NCBI GenBank assembly: GCA_964491265.1
Contig: CAZBFP010000015.1
Span: 16,604-80,603 of the forward strand
Origin: an uncultured Leptospirales bacterium
GTDB lineage: Bacteria; Spirochaetota; UBA4802; UBA5550
Length of the DNA: 64,000 nucleotides
Reading direction: 5' to 3'
The position numbers and the translations under genes were made by a program. Numbering within the stretch: position 1 is the stretch's first letter; each line of letters opens with the position of its first letter. Below are positions 40,632 to 51,385 of this stretch, in pieces. The notes under the pieces are model-generated. The model was not told where the DNA came from and made no database searches. It saw only the letters and a program-made list of their open reading frames with translations.

Positions 40632-41069
40632 ATGTTTATGGGCGAATATTCCCCGGCTCTTGATGAAAAAGGAAGAGTGGCTGTTCCTGCCAGGCTTAGA
40701 AAAGCCTTTGGGGAGTCTTCTGTTGTGGAAAGGCTTGTTCTTACTCACGGTTTTGATAAATGTCTCATGGCTTTTCGTGAGGATGACTGGAAAGAGTTTG
40801 TTGAGAAAAAGCTGATGCCCCTTTCTCAATCAGACCCTAAGCATAGAATGAGTGTAAGATTTCTTGTGGGGGGCGCCAGCGATTGCGAGCTTGATAAGCA
40901 GGGGAGACTGGTTATCCCTTCTTATCTTTTAAATTATGCTGATATTAAGGGTGATGTAATTATTCTGGGCCTTTATAATAAAATAGAAATCTGGTCAAAA
41001 GAGGTTTATGAAGAGTATAAACCGAAAGGTGAGCTCCTTGACTCCTTTGCAGATGATCTGGGTTTTTAG
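40632..41069 (+). CDS. mraZ: Division/cell wall cluster repressor MraZ
   Basis: MFMGEY..LDEKGRVAVP, LDKQGRLVIP, IEIW. Confidence 0.96.
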   Translation: MFMGEYSPALDEKGRVAVPARLRKAFGESSVVERLVLTHGFDKCLMAFREDDWKEFVEKKLMPLSQSDPKHRMSVRFLVGGASDCELDKQGRLVIPSYLLNYADIKGDVIILGLYNKIEIWSKEVYEEYKPKGELLDSFADDLGF

Positions 41070-42074
41070 ATGAAACGCATTCCAATGAGACATAATCATG
41101 AGAATACAAGGGATGTGGATCAGTTTCACAATGATGGGTATGTTCACAAGTCTATACTCTGGCGCGAAATTGTTGACATCATAGGCTGTTCCCGGAAAAA
41201 AGGGGAGGGTCTCCTTGTTGACTGCACAATCGGAGAGGGGGGGCATTCGGAGATCCTCCTTAATGTTTTCGGCAGTCTTAAGATAAGGGGATTCGAAAGG
41301 GACAGTTCTATTCTTGAAAGGGCTCAGTCCAGGCTTTCGTCATACGGAGACCGCATTGAACTGATAAATGATAATTTTTCGCAGATAGCGGAATATTTCC
41401 AGGATGGCGAAAAGCCTGATTATATTCTCTACGACTTCGGGATTTCATCTTATCATTTTGAAGTGAGCAAAAAGGGCTTCTCCTTTGCAGGTGATGAGCC
41501 CCTGGATATGAGACTTGACAGTGATGGTGTTACAGCAGCTTACGTGGTTAATAATTATCCTGAAAGGGAGCTGGAAAGGATAATTATGGAATACGGTGAA
41601 GAGAACTGGGCAAGAAGAATAGCAAAGGTGATAGGTGACCGGAGAAAAAGTGAACCTGTGGAAACAACCGGGCAGTTGGCTTCCATAGTACTTGCTGCTA
41701 TTCCTAAAAAGTTCCATGTGAAAAACATACACCCTGCTACAAGGGTGTTTCAGGCTTTAAGGATTGAGGTTAACAGGGAGCTTGCGGCTATTGAAGAGGG
41801 ACTGGAGGGGGGATTTTCTGTTCTTAATGAGGATGGGGTTATAATGGCAATATCCTTTCATTCCCTTGAAGACAGGATAGTGAAAAATTATTTCAGGCGT
41901 CTTAAAAAAGGGTGTTCCTGTAAAAAGGATCCCCGGGAGTGCCAGTGCAGGCACAGTTCCTATGTGGAGCTATTGACAAAGAAGCCTCTCTCCCCCGATG
42001 ATGATGAGATTTCCTGGAACAACAGGTCCAGGAGCGCCAAGCTGAGAGCTGCTGTTAAAACCGGCAGGAGCTGA
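41070..42074 (+). CDS. rsmH: 16S rRNA m4C1402 methyltransferase (start uncertain)
   Basis: DCTIGEGGHS, GFSF..D.PLDMR, HPATRVFQALRIEVN, SFHSLEDR, RSRSAKLR. Confidence 0.96.
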   Translation: MKRIPMRHNHENTRDVDQFHNDGYVHKSILWREIVDIIGCSRKKGEGLLVDCTIGEGGHSEILLNVFGSLKIRGFERDSSILERAQSRLSSYGDRIELINDNFSQIAEYFQDGEKPDYILYDFGISSYHFEVSKKGFSFAGDEPLDMRLDSDGVTAAYVVNNYPERELERIIMEYGEENWARRIAKVIGDRRKSEPVETTGQLASIVLAAIPKKFHVKNIHPATRVFQALRIEVNRELAAIEEGLEGGFSVLNEDGVIMAISFHSLEDRIVKNYFRRLKKGCSCKKDPRECQCRHSSYVELLTKKPLSPDDDEISWNNRSRSAKLRAAVKTGRS

Positions 42075-42084
42075 AAGAGGGTAG

Positions 42085-42372
42085 ATGAAGTACTTTTTTA
42101 TTGTTATCATGATGAGCATTTTTATTATCACATATGTGTGGCAGAATATAGAGATAATGAAAATGAAAATGGAGTACAGAAAGCTGACCGGTGTTGAAAG
42201 GGAGCTGACTGAGAAAAACGACAGGGTAAGGTATAATCTTGAAAGTCTCAGAAGTTTCAGGTATATGAACAGTTTTGCTGAAAAAAACAGGCTTAAGCAT
42301 ATAAGCCCTGAAGATATAGCAACAGTAAGAATAGAGAGCAGGGAAAAGAAAAAAGAAGATGAAGATAAGTGA
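42085..42372 (+). CDS. ftsL: Cell division protein FtsL-like
   Basis: Single TM helix plus coiled coil, in the syntenic position after rsmH. Confidence 0.7.
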   Translation: MKYFFIVIMMSIFIITYVWQNIEIMKMKMEYRKLTGVERELTEKNDRVRYNLESLRSFRYMNSFAEKNRLKHISPEDIATVRIESREKKKEDEDK

Positions 42373-43873
42373 ACTCATAGACCTTTCTCATGGATCTGTA
42401 TCCGCACTCGAAGGTTTTGTCTTTGAGGAGAAGGATATAGTTTCAATTGAGTACGATTCAAGAAAGGTTTATGCCGGATCGTTATTTGCGGCTGTGGCCG
42501 GTCTTGAAAGTGACGGGCACGATTTTATTAATGACGCCGTTGAAAAGGGGTGTGCTGCAATTGTTATCTCTGCTGCAATGGCTGATGATTTCAGGCACCT
42601 TGCGGGAAAGGGGATTACCATTCTTCTGTCAGATGATACCCGTAAATCACTGTCCAGGCTTTCCGCAGTATTCTGCGGCAATCCTTCACAGAAACTTCAT
42701 GTGACAGGTGTTACAGGTACAAACGGAAAAACATCCATCACCTATCTTCTTGAATCTGTATTTGCTGAGAATAATATAAAATGTGCAGTTATGGGAACCA
42801 TCAATTACAGGTGGGGAGGGCATGAGGTTGAAGCGCCAAACACAACCCCTGAGTCGAGGGAGATTCAGTATATGCTTAAGCAGATGCTTGATGATGGTGT
42901 TACCCATGTAATAATGGAGGTGTCATCCCATGCACTTGAGCTGAGCAGGGTTGATGATGTGGCCTTTGATAGCGCGGTTTTTACAAACCTTACCGGTGAT
43001 CATATAGATTTTCACAAAACTATGGATAAATATTTTGCAGCAAAGAAAAGACTCTTCCATCTTCTCAATGCCTCACCTAAGCCGGATAAAAGTGCTGTAA
43101 TAAATATTGATGACTCATACGGCAGAGTAATCGCTGATTACTGCAGGGGGATGAATTTTAAAACAGTAACTTTCGGGTTTTCTCAAGACTCGGATATTAA
43201 GGTTTTAAGTGAGTCTGTTCGAAACAGGATAACCGGTCTCTCCTACAGTTTTACTGCAGAAAATTTTCAGCGCAGTCTTGATCTTAAGCTTGCAGGAAGA
43301 TTTCAGATCCATAATTCTCTCGCAGTTTTTGCATCTGCTCTTAATTCGGGGGTTTCTGCAGAGATTGTATGTTCCGGAATTGAAAAATTAAAAAGCATTC
43401 CCGGAAGGCTCCAGGTCCTTGAGTCGGGGCACGGTTTTTTTATTGTTGTGGATTATGCCCATACACCCGATGCGCTGCTTAAGCTTCTTCAGTCTCTATG
43501 TGAGATGGAGCACCGCAGATTGATAGCGGTTTTCGGATGCGGAGGGGACAGGGATAAAACCAAGAGACCGGTAATGGGAGCGATTGCGTCTGAAAATGCA
43601 GATTATGCAATTGTAACCAGTGATAATCCCAGAACTGAGAATCCGGATGATATTATAAATGATATTGTTGCGGGGATAAAGAGTGAAAATTATATAGTGG
43701 AATCTGACAGGGAGAAAGCTATAGAGAGAGCTGTAAGCACGGCTGAGCCTGGCGATATCATTGTTATTGCAGGGAAGGGGCATGAGGATTACCAGATAAT
43801 AGGAAAAACAAAGCGTCATTTTGATGACAGGGAGATTGCCCTGAAATATGCCTCTATGAGAGAAAGGAATTGA
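42359..43873 (+). CDS. murE: UDP-MurNAc-tripeptide synthetase (DNPR, meso-DAP type)
   Basis: GTNGKTS, TTPE, MEVSSH, DYAHTPD, GCGGDRD, DNPR, GKGHE. Confidence 0.96.
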   Translation: MKISELIDLSHGSVSALEGFVFEEKDIVSIEYDSRKVYAGSLFAAVAGLESDGHDFINDAVEKGCAAIVISAAMADDFRHLAGKGITILLSDDTRKSLSRLSAVFCGNPSQKLHVTGVTGTNGKTSITYLLESVFAENNIKCAVMGTINYRWGGHEVEAPNTTPESREIQYMLKQMLDDGVTHVIMEVSSHALELSRVDDVAFDSAVFTNLTGDHIDFHKTMDKYFAAKKRLFHLLNASPKPDKSAVINIDDSYGRVIADYCRGMNFKTVTFGFSQDSDIKVLSESVRNRITGLSYSFTAENFQRSLDLKLAGRFQIHNSLAVFASALNSGVSAEIVCSGIEKLKSIPGRLQVLESGHGFFIVVDYAHTPDALLKLLQSLCEMEHRRLIAVFGCGGDRDKTKRPVMGAIASENADYAIVTSDNPRTENPDDIINDIVAGIKSENYIVESDREKAIERAVSTAEPGDIIVIAGKGHEDYQIIGKTKRHFDDREIALKYASMRERN

Positions 43874-45258
43874 AAGCTGATTTAAAAATAAGCGCCGCAG
43901 ATATAATTAAAATTACCGGGGGTCTTCTTCTTACAGGGAATCAGGATACTCTTATAGAAACTGTAACAACAGATTCAAGGGAGCTTAATGTTAATAATCT
44001 TTTTATACCTATAAAAGGGGAGAAGTTCGACGGCCATGATTTTCTTGAGGAGCTTATAGTAAGCCGCAGAATCAGCTGCGCCCTTACAGAAGATGCATCC
44101 CTGAAAGAGATTGCAGAGAAGAAGGGAGTTACCCTGATAAAATGTACAGATACTCTTGAAGCACTCGGGAAAATCGGCAAAGGTCATAGAGATTCACTCT
44201 CCCCTCTGGTGGTTGGAATAACCGGAACTAACGGGAAAACCACAACAAAGGAACTGATCCATGCTGTATTGTCTTCTAAATATAAAACACATAAAAATAT
44301 CAAGAATTATAATAATGAAATAGGTGTCCCCTTTTCTCTCATGGAGATGAAGAAAGAGCATGAGGCTGCTGTAATTGAAATGGGGATGAATCACATCGGT
44401 GAAATTGAACGGCTTTCCATGATGGTGCAGCCGGATATAGGGATAATTACAAATATAGGCGCAGGGCATCTGGAGTTTCTTGAATCTGTTGAAGGTGTTG
44501 CCTACGCTAAAACTGAGATTCTTAAAGGGATGAAAAAAGGCTCAACACTCATTGTTAACAGGGATACAGAATGCTTCAGTATAGTTTCCAGCCTCTGTGA
44601 AGAGATGGGGATGAAAATGGTTACATTCGGACTTAATTCCGATGCGCATATCTTCCCCGAATCATACAAGCCGGGTGTGGAGAGCATGGAAATAGTTTAT
44701 AAAAATACTTTAATTACTGTTCCTCTTTATGGACGGCATAATGCCTATAATGTAATGGCTGCAATTGCCCTTGCGGAAATTACCGGCATTTCACCTGATA
44801 AAGTCGCCTTTGCCCTTGCAGGTTTTGAAAGTATCGGGGGGAGAAGCGAGATAATAAATAAAGGCTACTATCTTATCAATGATACATATAATTCAAATCC
44901 CCTCTCCTCGCTCTTTGCTGTTGATTCCATGTGCGAGGTTTTCCCTGATAACAGAAAAATTGCAGTTCTTTCCGATATGAAAGAACTGGGAGAATCATCA
45001 GCCCTTTATCATGTGAAGATAGGGGAGATTGTTGCTTCAAGAAATTTTGACATGATTCTGTTATTCGGGGAGATGGCTTCTTTCTATGAGAAGGGTGCGC
45101 TGCAGATGGGATTCCCGGCTGATAAGATTATTACTTTTGAAAAGAAAGAGGATATTGCTGATTTTTTGAAAGCAGATTTAAAAAGTGGGGATGTTGTGCT
45201 TGTTAAGGGTTCAAGATCGATGCAAATGGAAGATGTAGTTAACAGACTTGATAATTGA
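43870..45258 (+). CDS. murF: UDP-MurNAc-pentapeptide synthetase
   Basis: GKTTTKE, NNEIGVP, EMGMNH, NDTYNSNP, KGSR. Confidence 0.96.
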   Translation: MKADLKISAADIIKITGGLLLTGNQDTLIETVTTDSRELNVNNLFIPIKGEKFDGHDFLEELIVSRRISCALTEDASLKEIAEKKGVTLIKCTDTLEALGKIGKGHRDSLSPLVVGITGTNGKTTTKELIHAVLSSKYKTHKNIKNYNNEIGVPFSLMEMKKEHEAAVIEMGMNHIGEIERLSMMVQPDIGIITNIGAGHLEFLESVEGVAYAKTEILKGMKKGSTLIVNRDTECFSIVSSLCEEMGMKMVTFGLNSDAHIFPESYKPGVESMEIVYKNTLITVPLYGRHNAYNVMAAIALAEITGISPDKVAFALAGFESIGGRSEIINKGYYLINDTYNSNPLSSLFAVDSMCEVFPDNRKIAVLSDMKELGESSALYHVKIGEIVASRNFDMILLFGEMASFYEKGALQMGFPADKIITFEKKEDIADFLKADLKSGDVVLVKGSRSMQMEDVVNRLDN

Positions 45259-45267
45259 GGTACAGGG

Positions 45268-46353
45268 ATGTTTTATCATTTTATTCTGCCGCTGAAAGAG
45301 TATATTTCTTATTTCAGACTTTTTCAGTACATAACATTCAGGTCAGCCTTTGCTGCCCTTACAGCATTAATTCTTGTGCTCCTGCTGGGTAATCTTGTGA
45401 TTAAATGGCTCAGGAGTTTAAAGCTTGGTGAAGAGATCAGGGACCTGGGGCCGGAGAGTCACAGGTCAAAGGCGGGTACCCCGACTATGGGCGGTATAAT
45501 AATTCTTGGCGCTGTGCTTATTTCAATTCTCCTGTGGGGAAATTTTAATAATCATTATCTGGTTCTGCTCATTGCTGCAACTGCAATGCTTGGTGCTCTG
45601 GGGTTTGTTGATGATTATATAAAAACTGTTAAAAAGAAAAAAGATGGGGTAAACCCGAAGGCTAAGCTTTTTTTCCAGATAGGAGCAGCTTCAATTGTTG
45701 TACTTGTAATATATTTCTTTCCGTCAAATAAAGAGCATGCTTCCACACTCTTTATCCCTTTTATGAATGAGGCTCTTTTTAACATGGGCTCAATATGGAT
45801 ACTCTTCTCAATTATTGTAATTATAGGGAGCTCAAACGCGGTAAATCTTACCGACGGTCTTGATGGCCTTGCTACAGGGACTGTTGGTATTGTTGCAGCG
45901 ACATTCTCTATTATGACTTATGTTTCCGGAAACGTGGTAATAGCCGAGTATCTCCGGATTCCATATATACCTCACAGCGCTGAGCTTACGGTTTTTCTTG
46001 CTGCACTGGTTGGCGCGCTTATCGGTTTTCTCTGGTTTAACAGTAATCCTGCCACTGTATTTATGGGTGATACAGGCTCACTTGCTCTTGGCGGGATTGT
46101 GGGTATAGTGGCTGTTATGACTAAAAAGGAATTTTTTCTCTTTATTGTGGGCGGAGTTTTTGTAATTGAGGCTCTCTCTGTTATTATTCAGGTAGTTTCT
46201 TTTAAGATGCGGGGGAAGAGGGTTTTTAAAATGGCCCCCATTCATCACCACTTTGAACTTTCAGGGTGGCCGGAACAGAAGGTTGTTGTGAGAATGTGGA
46301 TCCTCGGTATTATTCTGGCGATTTTCGGACTTGTTTCACTTAAGATTATATAA
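45268..46353 (+). CDS. mraY: Phospho-MurNAc-pentapeptide transferase
   Basis: KAGTPTMGG, NAVNLTDGLDGLA, FMGDTGS, MAPIHHHFE. Confidence 0.97.
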   Translation: MFYHFILPLKEYISYFRLFQYITFRSAFAALTALILVLLLGNLVIKWLRSLKLGEEIRDLGPESHRSKAGTPTMGGIIILGAVLISILLWGNFNNHYLVLLIAATAMLGALGFVDDYIKTVKKKKDGVNPKAKLFFQIGAASIVVLVIYFFPSNKEHASTLFIPFMNEALFNMGSIWILFSIIVIIGSSNAVNLTDGLDGLATGTVGIVAATFSIMTYVSGNVVIAEYLRIPYIPHSAELTVFLAALVGALIGFLWFNSNPATVFMGDTGSLALGGIVGIVAVMTKKEFFLFIVGGVFVIEALSVIIQVVSFKMRGKRVFKMAPIHHHFELSGWPEQKVVVRMWILGIILAIFGLVSLKII

Positions 46354-46358
46354 GAGGA

Positions 46359-47753
46359 ATGAATTTAATGGGGATTGATTTTAAAAAAGCTCTTGTTGTG
46401 GGACTGGGATACAGGACAGGTCTGGCTGCGGCAAATTTTCTTGCTCATCGCGGTGTGGATGTAACTGTTTCTGATTCCAAATCTTCTGATGAGCTTCGTG
46501 ATATTATTGAAAAGCTTAATCCTGCGGTTAAGATTATTGCAGGAGTTCAGGATCCGCGTGTTCTGGAGAGCGGTTTTGATACTTTAGTATTAAGCCCCGG
46601 CGTTCCTGCTGCTATTCCTCTGGTTCAGGAAGCTTTGAAAATGGGGATACCTGTAATATCGGAGATTGAACTTGCATACAGAAATATGAAAGGGCACATT
46701 ATTGCAATTACCGGAACCGACGGTAAATCGACTACTACTGAATTAACAGGGCATATATTTTCAGAGCTCGGTTTTTATACACTTGTTGGTGGAAATATAG
46801 GTATCCCCCTTATTTCTCTGGCAGATAAAACCGGTGATGATTCTGTTACTGTAGTTGAGCTTTCATCCTTTCAGCTTGAAACTATTGATACTTTTAAACC
46901 GGATGTATCTTCCATACTTAATGTTACCCCTGATCATCTTGACCGTTACACCGGCATGGCATCTTATTTTGAAGCTAAAAAAAGAATCTACATGAATTAT
47001 GGCGATGAAGAATATTTTGTATATAACAGAGACAGTGCAGTTCTCCGTGAAGAAGCAGCAGCTTTTCCGCGTAAAAGTTTATGCTTCTCTTCATTAGGGA
47101 CTATATGTGATGCATTTTACAAAGATGGAATAATATACATTAATGATAAGGGGGAACATCTCCCTGTACTTGAAGAGAAGAGGATGCAGATTCTGGGGAT
47201 CCACAATGTTGAAAATGCAATGGCTGCCATCCTCATGACTCTCTCTCTTTTGAATAAAATCGGGGTTAAGCCCGATTTTACAGCAATTGCTGAAGCCTGC
47301 TATTCCTTTAACGGTCTTGAACACAGGATGGAGTTTGCCGGTGAGTATGAGGGTAGAATTTTTATAAATGATTCCAAGGCCACAACCATTGGCGCTGTGG
47401 AGATGGCAGTAAAAAGCATTAAAAGCGGCGGTGTTTTAATACTTGGCGGGCGTACCAAGGGTGATGATTATTCAAGGCTGCGGAGTATTATTACGGACAA
47501 GGTACGCGGTATTGTACTTATAGGTGAATCTCAGGATAAGTTTGAGGAAATTTTCAAGGGACTTAATACTATAAAGGTGAAGAGTCTTGATGAGGCTGTG
47601 GTAAAAGCCATGTCTATGTCTCAAAATGGGGATATGATCCTTCTATCTCCGGCATGTGCTTCATTTGATATGTTCAGCAGTTTTGATGAAAGAGGGAAGG
47701 TATTCAAAGATTCGGTGAAAAAAATTATGGAGGGTAAAATCTCTTGGATCTGA
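46359..47753 (+). CDS. murD: UDP-MurNAc-L-Ala:D-Glu ligase
   Basis: SPGVP, GTDGKSTT, ELSSFQL, DHLDRY, NDSKAT, SPACASFD. Confidence 0.96.
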   Translation: MNLMGIDFKKALVVGLGYRTGLAAANFLAHRGVDVTVSDSKSSDELRDIIEKLNPAVKIIAGVQDPRVLESGFDTLVLSPGVPAAIPLVQEALKMGIPVISEIELAYRNMKGHIIAITGTDGKSTTTELTGHIFSELGFYTLVGGNIGIPLISLADKTGDDSVTVVELSSFQLETIDTFKPDVSSILNVTPDHLDRYTGMASYFEAKKRIYMNYGDEEYFVYNRDSAVLREEAAAFPRKSLCFSSLGTICDAFYKDGIIYINDKGEHLPVLEEKRMQILGIHNVENAMAAILMTLSLLNKIGVKPDFTAIAEACYSFNGLEHRMEFAGEYEGRIFINDSKATTIGAVEMAVKSIKSGGVLILGGRTKGDDYSRLRSIITDKVRGIVLIGESQDKFEEIFKGLNTIKVKSLDEAVVKAMSMSQNGDMILLSPACASFDMFSSFDERGKVFKDSVKKIMEGKISWI

Positions 47754-48901
47754 GAGAAGTAATAGACACAAGGAGGAGGGGTGAACCTGATCTTATTCTC
47801 TTTGTCACTGTTTTTGTTCTGGCTGGGATAGGTGTTGCCATGAGCTACAGTGCCAGTGCTGTCTATGCTTATAATAATTTTGGAGACTCATTCTATTTTC
47901 TGAAAAAGCAGATGCTCTGGTTTGTGACAGGTTTTGCCGCACTTCTTTTTTTCCAGGCAATAGACTACAGGCATTATATAAAATATACCAAGATTATGCT
48001 CTTTGTTTCAATTTTACTCCTTGTGCTTGTATTAATCCCCGGTGTGGGGCATAGCGTAAAGGGTTCATCAAGATGGCTCGGATTTTCATCACTGAGTGTT
48101 CAGCCCTCTGAGTTTGTAAAGATATGTGTTGTTATATATCTGGTAAAGGTCTTCTCTTCTGAAACCAGGGAGAATCATGTAGTCCAGCTCCTCATACCCA
48201 TGGTTATAATTGCACTGATTTTTATACTGGTAATGCTGCAGCCCGATTTTGGTACAGCCATGGATCTTCTTATAGTTTCGGTATTAATACTTTTTGTATC
48301 AGGGTTCCCCCTGTTTTATATTGTTTCTCTTTTTATTGTCAGTATTCCCATGTTTTATCTGCTTATCTATCAGGTTTCATACAGAAGGGAGAGGATTATG
48401 GCCTTCCTTGATCCCTGGCATGACAGGTACGGAATCGGCTATCATATTATACAGTCTTTTACTGCTTTCAAGAAGGGCGGGCTCCTTGGAGTGGGTCTCG
48501 GTTTTGGAACGCAAAAGCTTGCCCGGCTACCTGAACCGCATACTGATTTTGTCTACGCGGTTTTAGCAGAGGAGGCTGGTTTAATCGGTACAATCTTTAT
48601 AGCAATGATTTTCTGTTTCTATTTCTACAGGGGAGTTCTTATTGCAGTGAAGGCCCCTGATGATTTTGGTAAACTGCTTGCATTGGGATTGAGCCTTCTT
48701 ATTGTTGTTCAGGCATTTATTAATATAGGTGTTGTAACAGGTTCGCTCCCTACAACAGGAATTCCTCTCCCCTTTATCAGTTATGGAGGGTCATCTCTCC
48801 TTATGAGTATGATTGCTTCAGGAATTCTTCTCAATATTTCAAGATACAGGGACGCGGCTTTTAGAGAAGTTCAATTTGAAGAGGTCTGGAGTAATGAGTA
48901 A
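47744..48901 (+). CDS. ftsW: SEDS peptidoglycan polymerase FtsW
   Basis: QPSEFVK, QPDFGT, LPEPHTDF, PFISYGGSS. Confidence 0.95.
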   Translation: MDLREVIDTRRRGEPDLILFVTVFVLAGIGVAMSYSASAVYAYNNFGDSFYFLKKQMLWFVTGFAALLFFQAIDYRHYIKYTKIMLFVSILLLVLVLIPGVGHSVKGSSRWLGFSSLSVQPSEFVKICVVIYLVKVFSSETRENHVVQLLIPMVIIALIFILVMLQPDFGTAMDLLIVSVLILFVSGFPLFYIVSLFIVSIPMFYLLIYQVSYRRERIMAFLDPWHDRYGIGYHIIQSFTAFKKGGLLGVGLGFGTQKLARLPEPHTDFVYAVLAEEAGLIGTIFIAMIFCFYFYRGVLIAVKAPDDFGKLLALGLSLLIVVQAFINIGVVTGSLPTTGIPLPFISYGGSSLLMSMIASGILLNISRYRDAAFREVQFEEVWSNE

Positions 48902-50012
48902 GAATATTCTAATAGTAGGCGGAGGAACCGGAGGGCACATCAATCCCGGAATAGCCCTTTATGAAAAGTTCAGGGAAGAGGATGTGCTGAGACCCTTTTT
49001 TCTGACCGGGGCAAAAGATATGCGTTTTGCTTCTCTTGCGGATATTGACAAAGAGAGTCTATTTACATACAGCGCTCCTGCTTTGACCAGAAATCCATTT
49101 AAGCTCCCCGTCTTTTTAATAAAATTTATCGGGTCGGTTTTAAAGGGAATTAAAATTATAAGAAATAAGAGAATAACTGCTCTGGTGGGGATGGGGGGAT
49201 ACGCCTCAGCTCCGGCCCTGATTGCTGCAAAGATCATGAAGATCCCAATATTCTTATGCGAGCAGAATACTGTTCCAGGCAGGGTTACAATAAGTTTTGA
49301 AAAATATTGTGAAGCTGTATTCGGCACATTCAGTGAGTCCCGTGAGTATCTCAAGATGGAAGATAAATTTTTTCATTACGGCAATCCAATAAGGGATAAT
49401 GTGCTTATGCGTGTATCGAAAAATGAGGCCAGAAAAGCTTTTAATCTGGGGCATTGCGAAAAGGTCATACTTGTTATCGGCGGCAGTCAGGGGGCTCTTA
49501 AGCTCAATGAACTGGTTTTCGGCCTAAAGAAAAAGTATCCCGGGGATTTTAAAAATATCGGAATAATATGGAGTACCGGAGATTTTTCATTTGATAAATA
49601 CAGGGAGAGAATCCAGACCGAGATTGATGCAGGTTCAATTTTTCTTTCTCCATACATAAAAAAAGTGGGGAAAGCATACAATGCATGTGATGTGGCAATT
49701 TCCAGGTCCGGATCAGGTGTGATGATGGAGCTTGCAGCAGCGGGTGTTCCATCAATCCTTATACCATATCCCTATGCTGCTATGGATCATCAGAATAAAA
49801 ATGCCGACTCATTTGTGTCAGCCGGTGCTGCAGTTAAAATTATGGATCAGGATGCAGTTCCGGAAAAGGTGGCACCGGAGCTTTTTAATATTCTAAACTC
49901 ACCCAGGAAGCTTAAGCAGATGAGGGAGGGTGCACTCAGGTCAGCAAAGCCCGATTCATCAGAACTTGTAGTCTCGAAAATTAAGGAAATTTTGAAATAT
50001 AGAGGTCAGTAA
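48894..50012 (+). CDS. murG: Lipid II GlcNAc transferase
   Basis: GGGTGGH, GGY, EQN, GNPIR, GGSQGA, HQNKNA. Confidence 0.96.
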   Translation: MSKNILIVGGGTGGHINPGIALYEKFREEDVLRPFFLTGAKDMRFASLADIDKESLFTYSAPALTRNPFKLPVFLIKFIGSVLKGIKIIRNKRITALVGMGGYASAPALIAAKIMKIPIFLCEQNTVPGRVTISFEKYCEAVFGTFSESREYLKMEDKFFHYGNPIRDNVLMRVSKNEARKAFNLGHCEKVILVIGGSQGALKLNELVFGLKKKYPGDFKNIGIIWSTGDFSFDKYRERIQTEIDAGSIFLSPYIKKVGKAYNACDVAISRSGSGVMMELAAAGVPSILIPYPYAAMDHQNKNADSFVSAGAAVKIMDQDAVPEKVAPELFNILNSPRKLKQMREGALRSAKPDSSELVVSKIKEILKYRGQ

Positions 50013-50013
50013 G

Positions 50014-51375
50014 TTGTTCAGAAATTCTAAAAAAATGCATTTTATCGGTATCGGCGGTATAGGAATGAGCGGTATAGCCGAAATACTGGTTAACCTGGGA
50101 TATGAGGTTTCCGGATCGGACCTTAAGCCTTCGGAACAGACAAAGAGGCTTGAGTCTAAGGGTGTTGCTGTGTATATGGGGCATCTCCCTTCAAATATTA
50201 AGGATTATCATGTTGTGGTCACATCCAGCGCCATTGATCCCACAAACCCTGAGATAATAGAAGCAAGGAAAAGAAAAATTCCTATTATCCACAGGTCGGA
50301 GATGCTTGCTGAGCTTGTACGTTTGAAACATGGTATAGGGATTGCAGGGACTCACGGGAAGACCACCACCTCCTCAATGCTGGCATCAGTACTTTTTGAC
50401 GCAGGGGTTAAGCCTACTGCAATTATCGGCGGCAAGGTTCTTAATTTCGGTTCAAACGCAAGAGCTGGTGAGGGGAAATATATAGTTTTTGAGGCTGATG
50501 AATCGGATGGAACTTTTTTAAACCTTCTTCCAAGTATCGGCATTGTAACAAATATAGATGCTGATCATCTTGATCATTACAAATATTTTGAAGGGCTGAA
50601 AGACGCCTTCCTTTCATATATTAATCATATCCCCTTTTACGGGTATTCGGTGCTCTGCCTTGATGATACAGTCATAAGGGAACTGCTTCCGAAAATTGAG
50701 AGACCCTATTATACATACGGCTTCAGTGAGGATGCAGATTTTACCGCATATAATGTTGAAATGAAGGATGGATTTACCTGTTTTTCATGTAAATACCGGG
50801 GCGAAGTTGTTGGTGATTTTAAAATGGCACTTCTCGGCAGGCACAATGTAAGTAATGCTCTTGCCGTGATTGCAGTAGCACTTGAACTGGGAGTCCCCTA
50901 TGAGGAGCTTCGCCTTGGGCTGGAGAATTTCAGGGGAGTGGGGAGACGGCTGGAGAAAATAGGTGAGAAAAAGGGGATTACTGTTTATGATGATTATGGA
51001 CACCATCCCACAGAGATAAGGGCAACCCTTTCCGCTCTCAAAAATCTGGGGAGGCGTATAATTGTTATTTTCCAGCCCCACAGGTATTCAAGAACAGAGC
51101 TGCTTTGTGATGAGTTCGGCCAGGCCTTTGCCAATGCTGATGAGGTATTTTTTACCGAGATTTATCCTGCAGGAGAGGAGCCTATTGAGGGTGTTTCTTC
51201 AGCTTCAATCAGCAGGGCAATGCTGAAGCATGAGGGGAGAGAAGCTTCTATTATAAAAAAATTTGAAGATGTTTCATCAACGGTAAAGCCGTTATTGAGA
51301 GATGGTGATATTGTTCTTACTCTTGGGGCAGGCGATATTTATAAAGCGGGTCAGACGATCCTTGATGAAATTTAA
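50014..51375 (+). CDS. murC: UDP-MurNAc:L-Ala ligase
   Basis: GIGGIGMSG, GTHGKTTT, EADESD, DDYGHHPTE, FQPHRYSR. Confidence 0.97.
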   Translation: MFRNSKKMHFIGIGGIGMSGIAEILVNLGYEVSGSDLKPSEQTKRLESKGVAVYMGHLPSNIKDYHVVVTSSAIDPTNPEIIEARKRKIPIIHRSEMLAELVRLKHGIGIAGTHGKTTTSSMLASVLFDAGVKPTAIIGGKVLNFGSNARAGEGKYIVFEADESDGTFLNLLPSIGIVTNIDADHLDHYKYFEGLKDAFLSYINHIPFYGYSVLCLDDTVIRELLPKIERPYYTYGFSEDADFTAYNVEMKDGFTCFSCKYRGEVVGDFKMALLGRHNVSNALAVIAVALELGVPYEELRLGLENFRGVGRRLEKIGEKKGITVYDDYGHHPTEIRATLSALKNLGRRIIVIFQPHRYSRTELLCDEFGQAFANADEVFFTEIYPAGEEPIEGVSSASISRAMLKHEGREASIIKKFEDVSSTVKPLLRDGDIVLTLGAGDIYKAGQTILDEI

Positions 51376-51385
51376 CAGGAAGGAT